From Octopus sinensis (lineage: Eukaryota): a DNA stretch of 64,000 nt. Made by a program: the position numbers and the translations under genes. The stretch's first letter is position 1, and each line of letters opens with the position of its first letter. The stretch covers positions 74,586,001 through 74,650,000 of the forward strand of contig NC_042997.1 of assembly GCF_006345805.1 (NCBI RefSeq), written 5' to 3'. Of this stretch, positions 27,995-41,791 are shown piece by piece. Below the pieces are notes generated by a model that did no database searches, was not told the origin of the DNA, and was given only the letters and a program-made list of their open reading frames with translations.

Positions 27995-28270
27995 ATACAA
28001 GGTGATATAACACCAATGCTATTGTTATTAACATTACTTCTACTGCCAATCAACAAATGTATGAGCCCTTTGTTGATATATTGTCATTCTCCTATTATTT
28101 AGGAGGTATAATTTCTAGCTGAAACCATTTCCGTTCAAATACATATAGGTAAGTCAACAATATCACAATTTCTTTTTCCCCACCCACTAAAAATCAACTA
28201 TAGTTCTATGGCTGAAAAATATAATTTAGTTCTTACCCCAAATTAATAAGAATAAAAGTAACACCAATTA

Positions 28271-28657
28271 TCTCTCTCTATATAAACGGCAGTTTGTCTG
28301 TGCGTGTTTCTGTGTGTCTGTTTGCTTGTACCCTCACTCTGACCACGGCTTTCAACCGATTCTGATGAAACTTGACACACACATAGCCCAATGTCATAAT
28401 TCAAATCTAACGCGGCGAAAATTTTGAAAAGTTCCCCCAGTTCTGAAAAAAATCGATAAATTCGACATGGGGTCGAGAATCAAAAAAAATAAACCACAGA
28501 CTGTCTAGGGGACGCAACTCAACCTTTTTTTACTCTCAAAAAAAAATTTACCATAATTTTTTTTCTATTTTTTTGCTATTTTTTGGCTATAACTCTCTAA
28601 AAATGCTTTATAGTTATTTCCCTTACAAACCTGAGCAACGCCGGGCGATACTGCTAG
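28271..28657 (+). mobile_element. Non-autonomous Helitron
   Basis: A|TC start, GC-rich subterminal hairpin (cctgagcaacgccggg), CTAG|T end, no TSD. Confidence 0.75.
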
Positions 28658-28764
28658 TAATATATATTCTAAGCTTATTTAAATTAAGCTTCTTTATACA
28701 GATATCTGTATAGAGAAAATCTCAGCAAAATCATATACCAATACAGCAGTATTTGAATGTGACT

Positions 28765-30607
28765 TAGATAGAAATAATTATACGGGTATCAAATTGTTGG
28801 ATCAGGTGATGAAAGACACGGAGAGGGTCATAGCCCAGCTAATTAGGGACAGGGTTAGTCTAGTTGCAATGCAGTTTGGTTTTGTGTCAGGGAGAAGTAC
28901 CACTGATGCTACATTTCTGGTAAAGCCACTTCAGAAGTACCTAGCCAAAACCAAACCTCTGTACTTGGCTTTTGTTGACACAAATAAAGCCTTTGACAGG
29001 GTCCCATGATCCCTTATCTGGTGGTCAATGCAGAAACTAGAGATAGATGAGTGGTTGGGAAGAGCTGTACAAGCCATGTACAAGGACGCTACCAGTAAGG
29101 TGAGTGTTGGCAATGAGTATTGTAATGAATTCAGGTTACAAGTAGGGGTTCACCAGAGATCAGTCCTCAGACCCCTCTTGTACATCATAGTCCTCCAAGC
29201 AATAACAGAGGAATTTAAGAAGTGCTACCCCTGGGAGCTCCTCTATTGCTGATGACTTTGTTCTTATAACTGAATCACTACCAGAACAGGAAAAGAAATT
29301 TCAGGTGTGGAAACAAGATCTGGAATTGAAGGATTTCAAAGTTAACCTAGCAACAAACAAACTTTTAGTAAGTAGGAAAGCAGACAAATCACAAATCCGT
29401 TCAGGTAGATGACCCTGCTCAATCTCTAGGAAAAGCATAGGTAGAAATTTCATAAGAGGTTCCCAGTGAAAGCTATGGACACGTAAGAGGTGCAGCAATA
29501 TCAGAAGAAGGTTAACTGTTCACTGGAAAAATAGGTTTTGTGTGCAGAAGGTGACTAGGTACAATAAACACTAAAAATGTACAGAAAATAGACTCCATCA
29601 AATGCCAGGGGTGTAAGCTAGAAGTAGTTGATAGTGTCTGTTATCTAAGTAACCAAGTCAGTAGGGGTGGTGGATGCTCTGAGAACATAGCTGCTAGAAT
29701 AAGAATAGGCTAGGCAAAGTTCAGAGAGCTCCTACCTCTCTTAGCTAAAAAGGGCCTCTCCCTCAGAGTGAAAGGCAGCTTGTATGATGCTTTTGTTGCA
29801 AACAACTGTGCTACATGGCAGTGAAATATGAGCTCTGACCACTGAGGACAGAGAGTATGTGTCTTGAGAGTTGGACATAAGAGGCATCAGATGTGGTATA
29901 CAAAGGAGATGACTGTGCTGGTATGGTCATGTGATGTCTATGAACAAGGACAGCTGTGTAAAGAAGTGCTGATCTTCAACTGTGAAGGGAACCTGTGGAA
30001 GAAGTAGACATAGGAAAACATGAGACAAGGTGGTGAAGCATGATCTTTGGGCGTTAGGCTTCACAGAGGCAATGACTAGTAACCAAATCCTTTGGTGATA
30101 TGCCATGCTTGAGAAGACCTATCAAGCCAAGTGAAGTCATAGTCGTGGCCATTACCAGTTTCATGTAACTGGCACCTGTGTGGGTGGCACATAAAAAGCA
30201 CCTGTCAAGCATTGGGCCTCATGGGGTAATGTGGCCAATGCTGGTGTTGCATGACTTGCACCTATGTTGGTGGCATGTAAAAATGTCAGACCCCATGGAT
30301 GCAAAGACAAATGACCAAGACCTTTGACAATATGTGATGCTTGAGAAGAAGACCCATCAAGCCAAATGAAATTGTAGTCATGGTAGATACTGGTGTCACA
30401 CAGCTGGCACCCATGCCAATGTCATGCAAAAGCACCCATTACACTCTTGGAGTAGGTGGCATTAGGAAGGGCATCTAGCCATTGAAAACATGCCAAATCA
30501 GACTAGAGTCTGGTGCAGCCCCTCAGCTTATCAGCCCTGGTCAAACTGTTCAACCCATACCAGCAGGGACAATGGACGTTAAATGATGATGATAATGATG
30601 ATGATGA
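28765..30607 (+). mobile_element. Decayed RTE LINE 3' half
   Basis: QFGFVSGRSTTDA, GVHQRSVL, PWELLY, and a (GAT)n tail. Confidence 0.9.
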
Positions 30608-30935
30608 AATAGTTTTATAGTAATTGAATAACAGTCATTAGATTAGAAAATACTATAAAACTACTATAATAATGTAGATATTTCTGAAATGTAAGAATAA
30701 GCAGTAAATGCTTTTCTATTGGTGAAGTTAGGCAAGACAAATGTGAAATGTGCTATGTCAGGATAATGCCTTATTATATTTAGTTGCATGTCTCAACTTT
30801 CCAAGTTTAAATCTTTCAGCCCTCTGCAATCAATAAAATAACTACCAGTAAGGATACCAAAATGAACTGAATTTACAAGAATTCTGTCATAGAAAACTTG
30901 GACAATGGAAGGAATCAATGCTATTTACTGTAATA

Positions 30936-32037
30936 TTGGGTCAACCCATAAATAATGTGGGTTTTTTTAATTGAATGAACTAAAAGATGGAGGGGGTCAG
31001 GATAAACTACCTACATCAACTTGCTATAAAAGCTGGTAGTAATTTTACCTTGAACTTATTCTTAGTGCAACTTTTGAAGAGTGCAGTTTGATTTTAACAG
31101 TTACTTTTTCAAAGCTATAATGGAAGGGACAAAGGAGAATATTTGGCATATTTTGCTTTATGACTTCAATAAAGACAACAATGCAACGGAAAGTGCAAGG
31201 AATATTAATGCAGTATAGGAGTATCAGACAATAAGTGTAAACTAGTGTCAACAGTGGTTCCAGAAATTCCAAGTTGGAAACCACAGCCTAAAAGACAATC
31301 CTACAAACCCTAGTGGAACAAAACAGTTGAAGAATTAGCAGAGAATCTTGGATTTGGTCATTCAACCATTCATCGACACCTGCATGCGATCAGAAAAGTC
31401 AGGAAATTGGGCCAATGGTTCCTCACAAACTTTTCAAGTCTAATTGCATGCAGGGAGTGAATGTGTGATCTTCTTTGCTGTCATGTCTCATGAATGAACC
31501 TTTTTTATGAATAGTGACTAGCAACAAGAAATGGTTTCTCTATAAAAATGTCAAGCACTGAAGACAGTGGGTAGGGAAAGGAGAAACACTGGCAGCCCAG
31601 GCTAAAGAAGATCTTCACCCATGTAAGGTGTTGTTATCTGTTTCGTGGGATATGAAAGGATTTTTAGTCCACTTTGAACTTTTAAACCCAAACCAAATGA
31701 TAAGAAAGGAGATCTACTGTGAGCAGCATAAGCCAACGCAAGAAGTAAAATGACCATCTTTGGTTTCAACACGAGAGGTGTTCTTCCATCAGGATAATGC
31801 TCGGTCACATACAGTGAGTATGACGTTCCAAAGGTTGGAGCAGTTTGAATGGGAAATGATGCCCCACTCACCATATTTGCCAGACATTGCCCCATCTTAT
31901 TATCATTTATTCCACAATCTTCAAAATCATTTGGGCAGAAAAAACATGTAGATGAGGTCAAAACAGTACTGGAGGAGTATTTTTCATCACAGACAAGTGA
32001 ATTTTGGAAGAGCGGCCTTGCAAGTGTACCAGATAGA
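30936..32037 (+). mobile_element. Degenerate mariner (Mos1-like) transposon
   Basis: TIR ttgggtcaacccataaataatg, FHQDNARSH, HSPYLPDIAPSYYHLF. Same family as 59368-60503. Confidence 0.9.
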
Positions 32038-32771
32038 CTATTACATCATTTAGTTCCAATTTGATGTTTTGTACATATTCAAATATTAGAAATAGGAAAT
32101 TAATATTCAGCAGAATTACTTTTGTCAATGTCATGTAAATGGCACCCATGAAAATGTTGCCAGCAGGACTGGATTTAAACCATCAGGGGTCCAGAGCACT
32201 TCAAGTTTGATGGACCCCTTATACACAAGAATTAAAATCTTTTCCAGTTTCCAGTATGGGTAGGTGGGGTTACTGCACTTTTGACTTTGAATAAAATATA
32301 TTTTTTACAAATGTTCACTTCCTTGCCAAAACTATATCAGCTCTCTAAATGTAGTAAAACTTAAAACATATTCAGAACACTATTTCAGAAAATTATCACT
32401 GTTCTCTTTGAGCATATAAGACAAATTTAGGTGGAGCAAAATGTGTAAGACAAGATAAGGTAAATCTGCCTCTCCAGTTTTCCAGAATTACATTTGAGAA
32501 AAGACTCACACACATAAACATCCATCCTAAGATGTCAGAAAGATCATAAATGCAACAAAAATTTTAAATATCTTGGTCAAATGAAAGCAGAGCATGGAAA
32601 ATATAGCATGTTATAAAATTAATGAAACTCAACATAAAATATTCTCTGCTGGAGTAGCTTTCTTCAATAATATATTTATTATGCACAATGCAGTTAAAGA
32701 GAAGTAATTATTAAAATTAGTCATTACTCATTCTACCCCAATTTGACTTTTTGTTTTAAACCTGACAATTA

Positions 32772-35090
32772 CATTGGTCAACACAATTTTTCTGCTGGGG
32801 CAAGAAACTTTTTTTCTTTGCTAATTTTGGGGTGCTGAATCCAAAAATGACCTCCATTTTCTCCCATCACATAAGCTGTATAAAACATTTAAAAAAAAAA
32901 AAAATCACAATTTTTAACTAATAATTTTATTGTGTCCTGATATTTCTAAATACTATTTTTAGTTCTTCAAGCTATAACAATGCAAATTAGCATCAAAACA
33001 AACACTATAAACATTAATATTGTGCAAGGAGAGTATACGCCTGGTACTCAAACCTCCCTTAAATTTGGGATTCTGATGATATGGCATGCACCGGAGAATC
33101 ATCATGATGATTGCTACTTTTGTATGGTTAGCTTGGTTGGATTCAACAAGAACAAAAAGAAAATATCCTACCCCTCCATCCCCTCTGCTATTCAGCCTGT
33201 ACGACATTCTAAAGATTTTCCAGTTCCAGTTTTCAAGGGATTTGCTGATATTCCTGTTTCCATTGTAGTCATATGACATGCTCAAGAACCAGAGTACGAG
33301 GAGATGACTGAAAGCAATTCTAACCCTAATTTTGATAATGCCAGTCAAGCTGACAGTGATTTTGACTGTTTCGAATCAGCAAATGAACCAAAACTGTTCT
33401 ATCAAGATGAACTGAGTAACTTAATTTAAGATCTGAATTTATCAAAAGAGTCAGCAGAGATGTTAGCATCACACCTTCACGAGAAAAATTTGTTAGCAGT
33501 TAAAACAAATGTCACTTTCTACTGCAACTGAGATGCTGAGTTCACCCCATTCTTTGAACAAAACAATGATCTTGTGTTTTGTAAAGAAATTGAACAATTA
33601 CTTCTTAGATTGGGCATTGATGAATATGATGCTTGTTCATGGTGGTTATTTATCGATAGTTCAAATCGCAGTTTGAAGTGTGTACTTTTACACAACACTA
33701 ATGTGTATGCTTCTATACTGATTGGACACTCTGCTACATTGAAAGAAAAGTACCAGCTGATAAAACAGGTGATGGAAAGTATTAACTACTCTAGTCATAA
33801 CTGGATCATTTCGTCGATTTAAGAATGCTACACTTTTTACTTGGATAACAGTCTGGCTACACAAAATACCCATGTTTTTTATGCTTATGGGACAGCCGTG
33901 CCAAAGAGCAGCACTGGGTGAAAAAGGTTTGGCCTGTTCGGGAAGAACTGAAACATTATAAATCCTTCAATTGTGTCAAAAGAGAAAATAGTCTTTCTTC
34001 TTCTCCACATAAAACTGGGTTTAATGAAACAATTTGTGAAAGCTCTAGACAAGGAAGGTCATTGCTTCAAGTATATTGGTGAAGTATTTCCTGGTCTCAG
34101 CATTGAGAAGCTGAAAGCAGGTGTTTATGATAGACCTGATATATGAAAACTTATTCAGGATGAGAACTTCGTAAGCAGTTTGACTGTCCTAGAGTCAAAC
34201 GTGTGGAATGCATTTGTAGCTGTTGTTAAAAACTTTTGGGGAAGTAAGAAGTCAGCAGACTTGTTGAACATATACTGACATGCTATCATGCTCTCAGAGC
34301 TAACATGAGTATTAAAGTACACTTCCTTCACAGTCATCTAGACAGGTTTCCTGAAAACTGTGATGTAAGTGATGAACAAGAAGAGCATTTCCATCAGGAC
34401 ATCAGAGTGATGGAAGAAAGATATCAAGGACGTTGGGATATTAGAATGATGGCAGACTACTGTTGGAGCATTAAAATGGACAGCCCAGAGACCAATCATT
34501 CACGCCAATCACAAAAACGGAAATTTATTCCATAGCTGTCAAGATCCTTGCTGGAATGACTTATGATGATTTGAAGTTCTTTACTAAAATAGTATTTTCT
34601 GACAAATGTGATTTTCTTATATTGTTTTCAAATATTTTTTTCTTAAATAATGTCTTATATTTGTGTTTCTGTCATGAACATTAAGCATGTCCTAGACCTT
34701 GATCTATAGGGAAATTGCAAAAGTAGTCCTACACCAGCCCGTAGTACCCAATGATGTGGGCACTCTGACCTGGGACAGATCCTGAATCCTTCATGTATCT
34801 TTTCCTCTATCTATCTATCTAACGATCTTGAATAATGTTAGAGACCATTTGAAATGCACTTTGCTTTGATTTGCAATACCAACATTATCCAAATAATAGT
34901 CATAAAACAGTAAAAACTAGTCGATTTTTACAAAAATGGCTAAAAATGCCAATGTCAAAAGCAAGTAAAGTAGACAGGATGGGTAAAAATAGTTGTGATT
35001 TTCAGAATCAGTATGCTCAAAAATGATATATTTCACCTAAAATATACCCAAGCAGAGGACAAAAGTTTTTGTTTTTTTTTTTGTTTAGCT
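32772..35090 (+). mobile_element. Degenerate DNA transposon, Chapaev3-like (CMC superfamily)
   Basis: Motifs HHDDCYFC, LFIDSSNRSLKCVLLHN, LHIKLGLMKQFVKAL, MSIKVHFLHSHLD..SDEQEEHFHQDI. Subterminal inverted similarity between about 32823-32852 and 34990-35025. Family assignment is from motif recall. Confidence 0.7.
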
Positions 35091-35432
35091 ATCTCAATTA
35101 CAATCAGGTCAAATTTGAGGAAACATTTCTTTAAAAAAATAGTACCTGTCACCTGTTTCAAACACTCAATTTCAACAACTACATAAACTATACTGACCAA
35201 TTTTCACTCCCAAAGATGATGCAATGGTACAAAATGGGGATGCAATAATTGTAATGTAATGGTTTCAAACAAGTAGAGAGAGAATAACAAGAAATCAGAA
35301 ATTATTCATTTTGATCAAGTTACCAATTTTACCCTGCTTCCATATAGTAATTCCAAGTGTTTGAGAGAATGATAAAAAAATATAGGAAAAAATAAAAAAG
35401 AAAAAAATGGTTTGATTTAAAAAACATCAATA

Positions 35433-36335
35433 TCTATAAATCTGAAATGAGAAAGTTTGTTTGTTTGTCTGGTTTTGGCATTGGAATGGTTTAAAGAGCA
35501 CTAGATCACGTCAGATTGACTCCAAAATTTACAGGGACATGTAAATTAGGTGAGGATGTGAGTGGGCTAGGTTAGAAATCCCTATCTTAAAAGGTGTGGT
35601 TACTAGGGCAAAAAATACACACTTTGACAAGTCTTCTCTGATTCTCTTATCTGTCTGTCTTCCTCTGTCTCTCTCTGTTTCCTCCCTTCCCTTCACTTTC
35701 TCTCTATAACAACATTTGACAGCTACTACTATCTTTCCCTCACCGCCTCCCTCCCCCCCTCTCTCTCTCTGTACGTCTGTCTGTATTCATAGAGAGTTTT
35801 ATTATCACCACCACCACACAATCATGAGAACAAATATTATGAATCCAATACTTATTGGGTTAATTTATATATGTGTATGTGTGTGTCTGTATCTATATAT
35901 AAAATGGGGTCTAAATGGGGCTGGAAGGGGATTCAAATTTACAAGAGGGGTAACTTGAGGGGGGAAATTGATTGGGAGACGTTTTATGGTGCTACAGTGG
36001 TTGCTTTGGTGTGAAAACTGGGATTTTATTGATTTTGGGGGACACTTGGTGGTCTAGATCGGACACCTTTTGCCCAATTTCAATCAAATTTTCAACATGG
36101 TAAGGTGGAAGCAGATTTGTAATTTAAACGCGGAAATCTAATTTTTTTATAAATGGCAGAGAGATAGATAGAGAAAGATAAAGAGTAAGAGAAAGCGAGG
36201 GGAAAATCCGAAAGGAAGAGTAAGAGAGTGGGAAAATGAGAAAGGATAGAGAAACAAAGAGGGAGAATGTGGCGATAAGAAAAGAAAGTAACAACCACAC
36301 CTCCCCCACATGTAGAGCGGGTCACCTTAAGCTAG
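35433..36335 (+). mobile_element. Probable non-autonomous Helitron
   Basis: A|TCTATAAAT start followed by (gttt)n. Imperfect hairpin, then CTAG|T end. Confidence 0.55.
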
Positions 36336-36444
36336 TCTAAATATATATATGCAATAATTCTAAAGCCAGTAAAGAATGCTTTTAGCTGTTGAAAGATGTA
36401 ATTTTATAATTAAAACTAAATTCAAAATTTTAATTTTGGAACAT

Positions 36445-36607
36445 AGTGGCTGTGTGGTAAGTAGCTTGTTTACCAACCACATGCTTCTGGGTTCAGTCCC
36501 ACTGCGTGGCTCCTTGGGCAAGTGTCTTCTACTATAGCCTCGGGCCAACCAAAGCCTTGTGAGTGGATTTGGTAGACGGAAACTGAAAGAAGCCCGTCGT
36601 ATATACG

Positions 36608-36640
<33 letters not shown>

Positions 36641-36853
36641 ATTTGTGTGTCTGTGTTTGTCCCCCTAGCATTGCTTGACAACTGATGCTGGTGTGTTTAT
36701 ATCCCCGTTACTTAGCGGTTCGGCAAAAGAGACCGATAGAATAAGTACTGGGCTTACAAAGAATAAGTCTCGGGTTCGAGTTGCTCGATTAAAGGCGGTG
36801 CTCCAGCATGGCCGCAGTCAAATGACTGAAACACGTAAAAGAGTAAAAGAGAG
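36445..36853 (+). mobile_element. tRNA-derived SINE with an internal (TA)/(TG) microsatellite
   Basis: A box TGGCTGTGTGG, B-box-like GGTTCAGTCC, CORE-like ccttgggcaagt, tail gtaaaagagtaaaagag. Confidence 0.85.
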
Positions 36854-37878
36854 AGTTACTTGTTACATAAAATAAGACCATAAAATGCCACACTGAAATA
36901 AGTTTGGAAGTAGAAATGTGTGTATGTGTGCGTGTGTGCACGTGCATGCATGCATGTGTGTCCATGTGCCTTTAGTAGCAATCAGTCAAGTCAAAGTCAT
37001 TGTTCATGAAAGAAGGAAATTGACCTTGAGACAATAACTTCTTTCTTTCAATCTCTTTATCTTTATATACATTCATACTTACACACATACACAAACTCAC
37101 ATACACTCACAAATACATATATACATTTTCAGGAGTGTTCTGTTGTTTCCTTTCTCTCTGTCATTGTCCCAATGTTTTTTAATTGAATAAATTAGTGCCT
37201 CTAAGGTGGCAAAATTTATGGTTATTTATCATAAAAGAGAGTCCATTATATTTTTTAAGAAGTCAAGATAGCTTTGTATACTGAAAGAGAGCCACTTCCT
37301 GCCTGATTGCTGGGAGGTGGTGGGGGCTTCTGTATTGAGTGCTACATACCCTTCATTGCAAGGGCCTCCAATACCTAGCAGATGCCTGTAGTAATTGACC
37401 CCTATCCCTAATAAATCTGGCCTTGGTTTTCAGTGTCATGTAAATGACACTAGAGGAATGGTAGTCATGGCCATTGCCAGTGTCATGTAAATGGCACCTG
37501 TGCAATTTACTCTTGGAGTGGTTGGTATTAGGAAGGGCATTCAGCTGTAGAAACTAAGTCAAATCAGACTGGTACCTGGTACAGCTCTCTGGCCTATCAG
37601 TTCCAGTCAAACCGTTTTACAGATGCCAGCATGTAAAGTGGATGTTAAATGACAATGATGATGATGATAATGATGATGTTTAATAAGAATCTGAAAACAG
37701 AATTATATGCTCAGTTGTCCATTATTCTAACACTAAGTAATTATTTCATGCTTGGATATGGGAAAACAACATGAACCATATCAAGTATAATTTAATTATA
37801 AAAAAAGCAAAACAGTTACATAACATGAAATATCTTTTTCTTTCTTTCAACACTAATTTTCGTCACATGAACATTTAC

Positions 37879-38112
37879 CTGCTTCTTAAAATAGTCCTTC
37901 ATAGCATTTTCATAACCTTCTTCAAGTCGAACAAATGCCATGTTAACATCACTGGTCCACCAGATCTGTGTTCCACACAAAGCAACTTGAGCTGGGAAGT
38001 CGAATATCCAACTCTCTCGAGGTTTTTCTTCATATTCAGCCACAGCAATAGTCATCTGAAATCGTACTGTATTTCTCATGTGATCTAACACGTTATTCAG
38101 CCAGATCTCAAC
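37879..38112 (-). CDS. DNAH9/11/17: Dynein heavy chain exon (end of linker)
   Basis: Encodes [12 protein letters not shown]...[15 protein letters not shown]...YFKKQ. Acceptor ttctag, donor gtaaat, 234 nt. Confidence 0.95.
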
Positions 38113-39736
38113 CTAGAAAATTAAAGCTTTGTTTGTAGCACACTTTGTGACCACATTATTTTAAAGGTTACTGATTCTGTCTCTGAAGCCCAACAACTTG
38201 AATCTTACCATACCTTTTTTTTTTTTTTTTGGGTTTTCCTCTGCCACCCATACTTTCTTGAAGAATATCAATGAAAGTTCAATCAAAATAAAGTTTGGAT
38301 AATGGCAGTTATAATTATCATGGCTGCATTGCAGAAGATAAAACCTCTGAATTTGCTTATGCAGCATTCCTACAATAATACCCAATAGTCTCTTCTAAGT
38401 AAGCTTGTGCTTGTTTTAAGTTTAATTTTCCATGCTAACATAACTTAGACAAGAATTAATTTGTACTTTTTCCACATGCCTATTTGCAGTTAGAAAATAA
38501 TGATCAGGAACACAGTGAAACACAAGTGAGAGGATACTTATCTTTCAGCTGGCTAGCCAACATGTACGAAACTCTCTTTTTCTCATATACTAAATCATTA
38601 TTGCAGTTTCCTTGTTTTTGATAACAATTTTAAGCAGTATTCTTCAACATGACTAACTACCATGTTTGCAGCATTAGTATTCAATCTAAATTGCCAATTT
38701 GGTTTTTCCCAAGAATAGTGTACCCCACACTACATTATCCAATGCTGTCTGAAGGAGATTTGGCAGCTATGTAGTGGTACCCTTACTGGTGTTATTTAGT
38801 GTTATTTGTCTGAAATCTCTTGTCACACATCTTGTGATCTCTCAAGCAACTCTCCATCCCATATGTCTCCTCCCATAGAATTTGCAAAGTGTGCTACTAT
38901 TTCAGGTACATATAATCAAACTAACAACAACTTTCATATAGTTAGATCCCAATAATATTTGAAGCAAGAGAAAATTTATTGTCACTCTAACTGTGGATGA
39001 GACTGATTTCATTTAATACTCATGTTGTTCCCAACTCAGGTTCCCTCTCATAAAACTATTACAAAGGAAACCCTTGGACAGTTCAAATTCTATTCTTTTA
39101 AACTGTTTAATTTCTTCACTTTATAAAATAAAGAGAAGAGAGAATGAATTGGAATATTGTCATTGAAAGCCAAACCAACACCTACAATGTGTATCAAACA
39201 AGCCTTGTCACCTGTACTAGGATAGAAAAATTTCCAGTTTCACTTGGACAGTTAAATTTGCAAGATCTTAGATAACCTAACAACACCATAGGACACACAG
39301 AAAAGGCCTGAAATTACAAATTCTCTAACCCACCCAACAAATATCAGTATAAACTATATTAATGGCAGTGTCTTTACCTGTTTCAGACAAAGATATTGCA
39401 ATAAGAACTGAAAAAATACATATTGCCTATCTATATTTTTATACATAAGTTTAACACCTGTTATCCATACAGATCTCTGGAGGGTTTGTAATAAAGGTTT
39501 GGTTCCTATTTGAATGATTTTACTCTACTTAAGTGGTGTCCTATAGTTTCCAGTCCAAGAAAAAGTAGGTTCAGTCCAGTTAATTTGCCTCTGACAACAA
39601 GAAGACAAAAGTTTTACAGTAATTTAATAATAATTTAACATATAATAAATTTTTGCTATTATTTCCATAATACAAATTTGAAATTAAGTTATGAACTTCC
39701 AAATAATTTTGGAACTCCAATATAAGAAATTCTTAC

Positions 39737-39874
39737 CTGTCCAGAGCAGTCACACAATTTACTAAGTTCTATCTTTTCTCCATCTTTGCTAAACATAGTT
39801 TTTGCCAATTTGGTGTTTGGTTCAAATTCTAATTTAGCAAGACTGTCAAAGAGTTTTACAAGGTGAACACAAAC
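39737..39874 (-). CDS. DNAH9/11/17: Dynein heavy chain exon (linker)
   Basis: Encodes VCVHLVKLFDSLAKLEF...CDCSGQ. Acceptor tttcag, donor gtaaga, 138 nt, in frame with both neighbours. Confidence 0.93.
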
Positions 39875-41149
39875 CTGAAACAAAATATTAATATTAGGTG
39901 TGTTTTTTGTAATGATCGTAATAAAGCTTTAATAGCAGTTTTATCTGTAATTTTATATATTAGATGTGAACAGGTTGAGAAAATTCATTTACTGAAGTTT
40001 AGAAGTTCAGAAATAGATCCAGAGACTTCCTCTGTAGACTAGTTAATTTGACATAACATTACTGTTCATACCTATGACCTTATCAATCAAATTGTCATAT
40101 TCATGTTCATATCTTCCAGTGATTAACTGTTACATTACTTCTGTAAATATAGCAATAAAAAAATCTTTCATCCAATCTTTACTTCAGGTTCATGTACTGG
40201 AATAATTATCTCTACTATTCAATAAGAATACCATACAATCAAATGTAGATGTGAAGTCAATTTACAATCTTCATTAAAGCATCCTTCATTACTTCTGTCA
40301 CTTGTATGCAATAGGATTGAACATTAATAACCTAACACGTTGAACTTTGGTAACCATAACTACTAGAGATACAACAGTGATGCAGAAATTGCAGAAAATG
40401 TTGGTACTTACCACAACTCACTAACGAAACAAGATACAAAAGAAAGCATTGATTCAGCATACCAGAATACACAATGATCTGAATGCAAACATTATACTAG
40501 CAACCACAGTGCTATAAAACATTTTTCTCCATATATATATAATTAAGAGAAAGACTAAATCAAAATATATTATCTGGTATACTGCACCATTTCATATCTT
40601 ACATAGCTACAAATATTCCTCAGAAATACTTTACTGCATAAATATTGCTAAATATTTCACACCAAGTGTGGGAAATTATTTAATTGCCATAAAGTAAAAT
40701 TTTTGTATCCAACCACCAGGAATTTGGCTGAAATTATTGTAGCATATAATTAAATTAGACAGTATCTCAACACAAAATTAGTGAACTTGAGAAAAACCAA
40801 TAGTGTGAATTGTGAAATTAATTCTAACGATAATTTCTCTAAACTAGATTTTGATACTTTAAGTAAAAGTTATTCTGACTGTGAAATTAATAATACCTTT
40901 AAGATAACATCAATATTGATTATAATACTGCTGATAATCCTGCCTTAACATTTACTTTTGAGAATACTAATTCTTTTAACCATGAGTACGACATACAAGT
41001 GAATAAATACCTTATGGTTGCTAAAACAAAGTTGTTTGTCCTTTGGAGGGTTGGTGGAGGAGTATGATGTATTGGTGTAAGATCTTGGCATGGAATCATG
41101 CGTGCTGTTGCATGGATTCATCTGCTACAATTTGGATATCTAGATTATG

Positions 41150-41400
41150 TAATCATTCTCATTCATTTAAGTATATAAGAAAATGTAATTCTATGAATCT
41201 TGGGATTTAAAAGAAGGAACATTAACTATGATTTGAAGTGGCCTATTTTTGGTTGCACACCATTGTACAATACTGGAAATTTTAAATGTGTCTTTGCCAA
41301 GGGGAGATGTTATATAATTTCTTCTAAATTAGTATTGTTGAATTGTAGAAGTAATTTTACATTGAGGTGTTCTCATAAATATAGAAGAATATTTTAATAT
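41150..41400 (+). mobile_element. Penelope-like GIY-YIG C-terminal remnant
   Basis: NINYDLKW..YNTG..KC...LLNCRS...CSHKY parallels 13230-13440. Confidence 0.55.
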
Positions 41401-41449
41401 TTCAATACTAAATACCATATTAATTGTAATTGCTTTTTCTATAATCTAT

Positions 41450-41645
41450 CAGGTCATCCCATAAGTTCTGTCCAAATTTTGAATAAAGAAAACAAGTAAT
41501 CAATGTTATATTTAATTTAAATTTAATCATCAATGTACTTTCCCTGATTATTTATGACTTCCTTCCATCTATTTACAAGCTTTTAAATCCCATCAATGTA
41601 AAATTCTTTTGGTTTCAAGGCGAAGAAATCTAAAATGTCAGTTTG
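41450..41645 (-). mobile_element. Mariner 3' end
   Basis: TIR caggtcatcccataag (also at about 63225). Translates as FFALKPKEFYIDGI*KLVNRWKEVINNQGKYID. Confidence 0.75.
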
Positions 41646-41791
41646 TGTCACGCTGAATCACCCCGAGAACTATATTAAGGGTACACATGTCTGTGGAGTT
41701 CTCAGCCACTTGCACTTTAATAAATGAGCTGCAGCGTCACTGGTACAAAGCTGTATCAGCCTTTGCCTTTCCCTTGGATAACATCGGTGGC